Below are positions 58,051 through 64,000 of a stretch of 64,000 nucleotides of DNA, in pieces. Position numbers and translations under genes: made by a program. Position 1 is the first letter of the stretch. Each line of letters begins with the position of its first letter. Below the pieces are notes generated by a model, which searched no databases, was not told where the DNA came from, and was given only the letters and a program-made list of their open reading frames with translations. The DNA lies in IMG/VR virus record IMGVR_UViG_3300035670_010029. One strand, 5' to 3'. This DNA comes from a virus.

Positions 58051-59013
58051 TCAGATAATAACTTGTGCGGTCAATCTTATTGTACACCAATATATATTTT
58101 TATTTGCACTTTCCATATCAAGGGTGATAACATCACTAAAAAAGCATTTGTGCCACTTTGTAGAACTGTCTGAGATGAGATCAAAATAGTTTTTTGCTAG
58201 AGTATTTAACGATCCGTTATGATAAAAAGCCTGATATCCACTATTGACCACTTTATTAATATCGTACATTTGAATAGTTTTTTCTTTTTGTAGTCTAATA
58301 ATATCTACAATTCTATTATTGTCTGTTTTATTTTCTGTAAATACATGTAATAATATGTCCTGGCTGACTTCAAAATTAGATGAACCTAATTGCCACGGCT
58401 TAGAATCGCTTCTGGCAATAGGTTCTATGATAATACATGGCATTTGTATCCGGTGGTTGGCCGATATACTGTAATCTCCCTTATTGGTTGGAGATGTTCT
58501 TGTAAAAGGTTTGGTTGTTAATTCTTGAAGTTCTATCCAATATGGATAAGTACTACTCTTGTGAACCTGACACCACCTATAAGAATACGACATATTAACA
58601 TTTGATCTGGCCCCAAGAGACCTATCAAAGACTACTTGTCCCATAGGATAATTCAAAGTGTAGCCCATATTACCACTTCCTGTTGGAGCAGGATAAAATG
58701 TTGAGTCTACATGAATACCAGATATATTAATAGGACTATAATTATTGTATGTTACTCCTGTTTCCCAAACCCAATCTTTTTTGAATGTTTGCCATACTTG
58801 ACCTTTAGAAAAACCTGGTTCTTCGATATTGTTAAGCTGGCTATAAGAACCGGTATAAAGTCCGCTGGTTGGGTAATTAATATTGATAAAGCCTCCAATG
58901 TGTAAAAATCCCCAGTCTAAAAATCCTTTAATATTATCTTCTAGTTGATTAATCAGATTATTGTCGTTAAGACTAGATATATTGTTAAATTTAGCATATT
59001 CTGGGCAGCTCAT
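58051..59013 (-). CDS. putative tail completion/terminator protein
   Basis: MPCIIIE...QLG...QDILLHVF pattern; directly upstream of the tube gene. Confidence 0.55.
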   Translation of the reverse strand: MSCPEYAKFNNISSLNDNNLINQLEDNIKGFLDWGFLHIGGFININYPTSGLYTGSYSQLNNIEEPGFSKGQVWQTFKKDWVWETGVTYNNYSPINISGIHVDSTFYPAPTGSGNMGYTLNYPMGQVVFDRSLGARSNVNMSYSYRWCQVHKSSTYPYWIELQELTTKPFTRTSPTNKGDYSISANHRIQMPCIIIEPIARSDSKPWQLGSSNFEVSQDILLHVFTENKTDNNRIVDIIRLQKEKTIQMYDINKVVNSGYQAFYHNGSLNTLAKNYFDLISDSSTKWHKCFFSDVITLDMESANKNIYWCTIRLTAQVII

Positions 59014-59654
59014 AAAACCCTCTCTAATTCTTGTATCATTAGATTAATAATTTCATCGTTAACATTTTCTAATGATCTGGTGATCCAATTATTTTTCTGA
59101 GTACCGGCAAATTCTGGAGGAACTCTCCAGTTTTGATCAGACTCTACCATGATGGCATATTGTGTTCTAGATCTATTGTTGGGTCCAAATTTAACGCTAT
59201 AGTTTTTTACTAAAATTTTTCCTCCATCTAACAGCAACCACTGCAACCAAGGAATAACAATACCGCTCAATTGATCGGTTACTATAGCCGCTTCAGAAGA
59301 CAGTATATCACTATAATCTTCTTTTATCATATCTACACTAAAAGTAGCGCTTAATCCTATTCCTGTTTGTTTAATATTTCCATAATTAACCCGGATGTTG
59401 CTGCTCCAAATATCTATAATAGAAGATACTCTATTGGCCGCATCAGGTACTCCAAGCTCAAACTTTAAGGCTCCGTTTAGCAAAGACTGATACTCCGGCT
59501 GAGACCTAATTGCATTAGCAACTATTCCCGGCAAGACGTTAGATAAATTTTGTGTAGCTATTATAAATTTAGGCTTTATATAGTCAGTAATACTTTGAAG
59601 TATTTTCGTACGAATCTGAGCATCTGACTCCATTAGCTTTAGAGATATATTCAT
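59010..59654 (-). CDS. putative neck/tail completion protein
   Basis: PWLQWLL..G and VPPEFAGT..NNWITR; synteny. Confidence 0.5.
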   Translation of the reverse strand: MNISLKLMESDAQIRTKILQSITDYIKPKFIIATQNLSNVLPGIVANAIRSQPEYQSLLNGALKFELGVPDAANRVSSIIDIWSSNIRVNYGNIKQTGIGLSATFSVDMIKEDYSDILSSEAAIVTDQLSGIVIPWLQWLLLDGGKILVKNYSVKFGPNNRSRTQYAIMVESDQNWRVPPEFAGTQKNNWITRSLENVNDEIINLMIQELERVL

Positions 59655-60176
59655 TTATAATCTTTTCCAAAGAGTTACGATATAATCATGGTTGCCCAAG
59701 CCCACAGGCTCAGGATCCCCTGCTCTAGTATAATTATAATTACCGTAGTTATTCATATTCTGATTAACTATCATTTCTTTGCAGTTTACAATTTTAGGCA
59801 TATACTGAATAGAACATATGGTTTGAATCATGCCGTCATTAATATTGACGGTTTTTGAACCCCAATTAAGCCAGTATTTATGATCAAAAAGTACGGCCAT
59901 GTAAATAGTTTCGTCCTTTGATTTGTCTATCATGCCAGCACCCTGACACACAGGACAGATACTATATTCTGGAAATGGTGACGGACCAGTATTATTATAT
60001 CTATTAGTTGATCGATGCTGTATAGTATCAAATATACAATTACCGCAAAATTCTTTGTTCATAGAATCAAATTTCAATAAACAAGGAACAGCTAAAGAAT
60101 TAGTGGGATTTAGCAGAGCATTTATAGCGTCTGAATAGATTTGTTTAAATTGTGGCACTAAAATTTGATCAAACAT
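59655..60176 (-). CDS. putative head-closure (stopper) protein with Zn-finger insert
   Basis: CGNC...CPVCQGAG; beta-rich C-terminus; synteny. Confidence 0.5.
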   Translation of the reverse strand: MFDQILVPQFKQIYSDAINALLNPTNSLAVPCLLKFDSMNKEFCGNCIFDTIQHRSTNRYNNTGPSPFPEYSICPVCQGAGMIDKSKDETIYMAVLFDHKYWLNWGSKTVNINDGMIQTICSIQYMPKIVNCKEMIVNQNMNNYGNYNYTRAGDPEPVGLGNHDYIVTLWKRL

Positions 60177-60207
60177 TATTAGCCTCTTTTGTATAATATA
60201 TGATACA

Positions 60208-62589
60208 CTATTGATGTCTTTGCTGTCTTGAATAAGGACCTACTATATAGGGGTATTTAGGTATAGATAGGCTGTTATCACTAAAAGCTAAATAATAGGC
60301 GTATACGCCCTCTGGGTACTCTGGTGTGATCGAAAATCTACCGTTGTATTGATCTAACAAACCAGAACCCTCAAAAAAATCAAAATCATCAACAAATGCA
60401 CCAGCAGTTAACATATAATTAATACTGTTTATTACAACAGCATTATTAAATTTCCAGTCTGGTGGCCTGTGATCGTCTGTTTGTTTTGCGACATACGAAC
60501 TGGTAGCAAGAGTTACTCCGCTAGCTGATTGTTCTGGATGGATATAAGTATAAGGACCATATATAGGATATCCATCAAAACAAAAACCAATAATCTTAGA
60601 GTGTCCATCAGGATGTCTAAAATAATCATCTTCAAAAGAAGAGTCTTTATAATAACTACTACTATTTATAAATAATTCATTGTTCCAACAATTTTTTAAA
60701 AAACCACCATGTAAATACCTATAAGATCTGTCAAAAATAACTTCTCCGCCGCAAGCATCTAATTGAAAATATGTGCTAAAAAATAACTTGTTAAACTTAA
60801 GGCCACTAGGAACATTAAAAATATTCAACGTATTAGATTCTATGCGAGCACCACAACACACAACACCGTTATTCATAATTCCAATAGGTTCAGTAACTAC
60901 CTCGTGTGGATTAGAGGAAAATGATGGTCCTCTGTATCGAAAAACCTTGTAATAAGACTGATCTTGAATATCATAACTACCAAAAAAGCCTAAACGAGGA
61001 GTTAATCCGTCATTAGTTAAATTTTGACCAGCTTTAGCTGGATACGGATCTCCGTTTGACGAAACAATTATATTAGACCCAGAAAAAGCTATAGTAGTAA
61101 CACTGGGATATGTTCCGCTATTCTTGGACACAGATACAGTTGTTGGATCAAACCAATATTGTTGAAGTGGCAGTTTTTTCCAAAAATTATTTTGTACGCA
61201 AACATATAACCATTGTTCGTCATGGGCCACATTTCCTGGTTGACCAGAAGTGGTTGGGCTATACAGGGTACCACTATAAATAGGGTTATAGGTTTGAGTT
61301 AAGGATAAAACTACAGATTTATGAATATCACTATATGAACTAGTAATACCGTTTTTGCCTACTATATTCAGTCTTTCTCCATCCGATAAATTACATATAA
61401 TTCTATTGTCTCCAGCGCCAAATTCGGCATTTCCAATAATTAAATTGGTATCTGGAAAATCAGGAAAAGTGATAGAATTATTGGGCACTTTAACATACTG
61501 TAAATTATTCCATTCTGTAATATTATCTCCAACTTTTAAAAATCTCGTGTCTGTTTCATAACCAGCTTCGCCTAAACCCAAAATAGGATTTACGCCACTC
61601 CATGATGTAGAGGTATCTCTTCTTAATCTTATTCGAGTATAATTGGCTTCGTTATAGGTTGAAGATACTCTAGGGGCGGCTGTATATTCTGGAGAAATAA
61701 TAGGAGACACAGCACTATATGATCCTATACCAACGGCATTTCTGGCTCTGACTCTAAAAATATATTGTTGACTATTGGATAAATTGTTAACAGCTACTGA
61801 GTTAGTATTAGTAGTTGGCCCAACAATCCAATCTCCTGTAGCCACATTATTACTATCAATCAATCGATATTCTACAGTATAATCTATAATTGGCGACCCG
61901 CCATCATCACTGGGTGGTAACCAAGCAACAAATATTTGGTTAAATCCCGGTGAAACTTCTATACCAAGAGGACTAAATGGCTGAACAGCATTATATTGAA
62001 CAAAAACATATGATTGATACAAATTTATATACAATAAATTATTGGCTGAGGTAAGTGCTTCTATAAAAAATGTAAATCTATTATTAGTAGACCAAAAAGA
62101 TGAAGATGTAGCATAGTCTATTAGAGATGTTATATCGATATTATTTGACCCAACCGTAAGGTTATGATTAATAGACGTATTATATCTAGATAGACCAAGC
62201 GTTGTATTATAGTCATCACTAGGAACAATGTTTGTGTTTTCTGTTGTAGAAACTTTAATGGAGAAAGAGCTTCCGTAAAGAGGAACACTAGTACATGACA
62301 AAACCAGGGTGGCTGATACAAGCTGATCTTTATAGACAGGTAAATTTTGGTAAGATACCAAATCCATTTTAGAAAATGCTCCGCTGTCAGTAGAAGCTGT
62401 TTCATCATTAGGCAGGGGTATATCGGATGAATCACCCTCTACTCTATTACCCAATAACATTGGACGTAGAATGCGATTACCATTAATGTCTGTAAAAAAT
62501 GCTGGAGTGTCCAGCGACAAAGAGAATAAATTAATATTATAGTTTGTACCAGAAGCTAGTGGTATGGCTTTACTTACAACAATACTCAT
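60208..62589 (-). CDS. virion-associated multidomain protein: FN3 + Mtd_N/hyaluronidase-type fibre domain + YHYH-family domain
   Basis: FN3: W.PP.DDGGSPIIDY...YIFRVRARNAVG. Mtd_N-like: IRLRRDT...W...NPIL..GE.GYETDT...KVGD. YHYH-family: GHSKIIGFCFDGYPIYGPY, LDQYNGRF..TPEYP.G. Confidence 0.8.
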   Translation of the reverse strand: MSIVVSKAIPLASGTNYNINLFSLSLDTPAFFTDINGNRILRPMLLGNRVEGDSSDIPLPNDETASTDSGAFSKMDLVSYQNLPVYKDQLVSATLVLSCTSVPLYGSSFSIKVSTTENTNIVPSDDYNTTLGLSRYNTSINHNLTVGSNNIDITSLIDYATSSSFWSTNNRFTFFIEALTSANNLLYINLYQSYVFVQYNAVQPFSPLGIEVSPGFNQIFVAWLPPSDDGGSPIIDYTVEYRLIDSNNVATGDWIVGPTTNTNSVAVNNLSNSQQYIFRVRARNAVGIGSYSAVSPIISPEYTAAPRVSSTYNEANYTRIRLRRDTSTSWSGVNPILGLGEAGYETDTRFLKVGDNITEWNNLQYVKVPNNSITFPDFPDTNLIIGNAEFGAGDNRIICNLSDGERLNIVGKNGITSSYSDIHKSVVLSLTQTYNPIYSGTLYSPTTSGQPGNVAHDEQWLYVCVQNNFWKKLPLQQYWFDPTTVSVSKNSGTYPSVTTIAFSGSNIIVSSNGDPYPAKAGQNLTNDGLTPRLGFFGSYDIQDQSYYKVFRYRGPSFSSNPHEVVTEPIGIMNNGVVCCGARIESNTLNIFNVPSGLKFNKLFFSTYFQLDACGGEVIFDRSYRYLHGGFLKNCWNNELFINSSSYYKDSSFEDDYFRHPDGHSKIIGFCFDGYPIYGPYTYIHPEQSASGVTLATSSYVAKQTDDHRPPDWKFNNAVVINSINYMLTAGAFVDDFDFFEGSGLLDQYNGRFSITPEYPEGVYAYYLAFSDNSLSIPKYPYIVGPYSRQQRHQ

Positions 62590-64000
62590 AATTTTTTAAC
62601 TCCAAACAAAAAGCCCGATGTTTCTATTAGTCCTGTGGTCCATGGTTGTTGTGTTGCAGGATTAGACATGGAGTAATATTGGATAGTATTATATCTTGTT
62701 CTAGTTAAGGTATGAATATCCCCTACCTGATAGTAATCATCGTAAACACTAGGAAACGGTGCGTCTACTACATCAAAATTTTGCCAATACCTAGTTCTAG
62801 ACTGCAAGCCTTGTATATATGATGTACCATGTGTAAATCGATAGTTGTCGATATGTCCACCGCCCCCAATAAATAATGGGAATCTCTGCGCGTTATTAGA
62901 AGTATCTGTATATTCATCTGTAAATTTACCAACTATAGAGACTGGCCTAGTAAAATATGGCATATTACTTTGCCAATAATATTGTTGAGTATTAACATAT
63001 TCTGTTGGTAAAGTATAAATACCTTGTTGTATCGGAGAAGATAAAGATAGCTGTAAAGAAACAGACGGAGGATTTGTGGTGGTTAATGAAGGATAGGTTG
63101 CATAATCAGCCCTTAAGGTAATAATATCGCCTGACACAACTGGTAATATTCCAGATAAAACACCATCTGAGTTTCGACTGAGATTGCGTTGAGCAATATT
63201 ATTTTTTAACAATGTAAACGTTGTATTAGAATTATTCGCGGTATTAATTACAATTTTTGCGCTAGCTTCGTATAGACTTTCTGCTGCCAACAAATTTTCC
63301 GTAGTAGGAGCCGTCTGTTCGGCAACATACTTAGCATAAAAATTATTGTTAAATTCATTATTGTTGTATAGTCCACTACCTATAACCCATCGCCTAGAAC
63401 CTAAATAAGACGGATTGTAGAGATAATAATCAGGGTTATCAGTATTTACATAATAAAAAGCATTATTAAATATACCATCTAAACAGTACAATCCAGTTAG
63501 TTCTGGTAATCCGGCAGAAGTAATCATATAGGCAAGCCTATTATTACAACGAGTTGGTAATATATTTAATGCAGACATGTTGGGTATGGGTAAAGTATAA
63601 GCCAGCTGTCCGTTTATTGGAACATTGGGATTCGGAACAGATCCTGTGGTAAACCAATTTGTCTTTGGGGGAACTGGGGTGTCCGAATAGGCAACAAAAA
63701 AATCTTGTTGATATCCGGAGCTATAAATTACCCAGGCGCTGCCGTTCCAGCGAATAATAAAACTATTAGCACCCCATGGGCCAAAAGTAGAATTCCATAC
63801 TGGTCTACCATTATAGAGACCGGCTAAAACAAAAGATCCGTTAGCATCTCCTGGCCAGCCACCGGGTAAACCGAAATTGGAGCCTATAATATTAGTAGGA
63901 AAATTAATTAGTTCTCTCCATGTGGTATTTTCTGGTATTTTGATAGTAGGAAAATATTCTTGAAATAATCCTGTTAGAGGGGAAAGGTTATTTCCTAAAC
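62586..64000 (-). CDS. putative structural protein, 5'-truncated (start lies beyond the window)
   Basis: The frame of the 62586-63578 ORF stays open to the window end (…LGNNLSPLTGLFQEYF…GQLAYTLPIPN-MSALN), so ATG 63578 is probably internal. Confidence 0.75.
   Translation of the reverse strand, partial: LGNNLSPLTGLFQEYFPTIKIPENTTWRELINFPTNIIGSNFGLPGGWPGDANGSFVLAGLYNGRPVWNSTFGPWGANSFIIRWNGSAWVIYSSGYQQDFFVAYSDTPVPPKTNWFTTGSVPNPNVPINGQLAYTLPIPNMSALNILPTRCNNRLAYMITSAGLPELTGLYCLDGIFNNAFYYVNTDNPDYYLYNPSYLGSRRWVIGSGLYNNNEFNNNFYAKYVAEQTAPTTENLLAAESLYEASAKIVINTANNSNTTFTLLKNNIAQRNLSRNSDGVLSGILPVVSGDIITLRADYATYPSLTTTNPPSVSLQLSLSSPIQQGIYTLPTEYVNTQQYYWQSNMPYFTRPVSIVGKFTDEYTDTSNNAQRFPLFIGGGGHIDNYRFTHGTSYIQGLQSRTRYWQNFDVVDAPFPSVYDDYYQVGDIHTLTRTRYNTIQYYSMSNPATQQPWTTGLIETSGFLFGVKKL

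Noticed and set aside
61490-61640. Diversity-generating retroelement suggested by the Mtd_N-like domain
   Set aside because: No reverse transcriptase and no TR/VR repeat pair were seen in the window; this domain is a generic fibre module.
1-64000. Stop-codon reassignment; tRNA or rRNA genes
   Set aside because: Very long ORFs and tight packing under code 11, with TAA, TAG and TGA all used as stops; intergenic gaps are short and show no cloverleaf.

Overview
AT-rich, gene-dense segment of a large tailed dsDNA bacteriophage (standard genetic code; both window ends cut genes). The + strand block (1-16531) holds replication genes: a DnaG-type primase, a dNMP kinase, a Cas4/AddB-like nuclease, an intein-free split DnaE with a DEDDh exonuclease gene between the halves, and SSB. 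These are followed by a seven-gene glycosyltransferase/sugar-modification cluster, several members of which look catalytically degenerate, then an HTH-Vsr/DUF559 endonuclease, a possible annealase and a membrane-anchored YfaP-like protein. The - strand block (16528-64000) is a tail morphogenesis operon: neck/completion genes, a tail tube with an internal duplication, two paralogous chaperone-like genes, a 5503-aa tape measure protein (TMP), a beta-roll fibre, two paralogous distal-tail proteins, a hub-like protein and a 2653-aa Cys-rich protein. No sheath gene is seen. The most striking signal is in the TMP. It looks like a polyprotein in which about 20 x-x-x-G-G motifs (often tandem pairs 9 aa apart) and six 'PAMLTPGEFV'-type modules bracket a PD-(D/E)XK nuclease-like domain, an HExxH zincin, a protein-kinase-like domain and a HAD phosphatase. 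This suggests an injected, proteolytically released effector cassette. All calls come from reading motifs by eye; no database searches were run.
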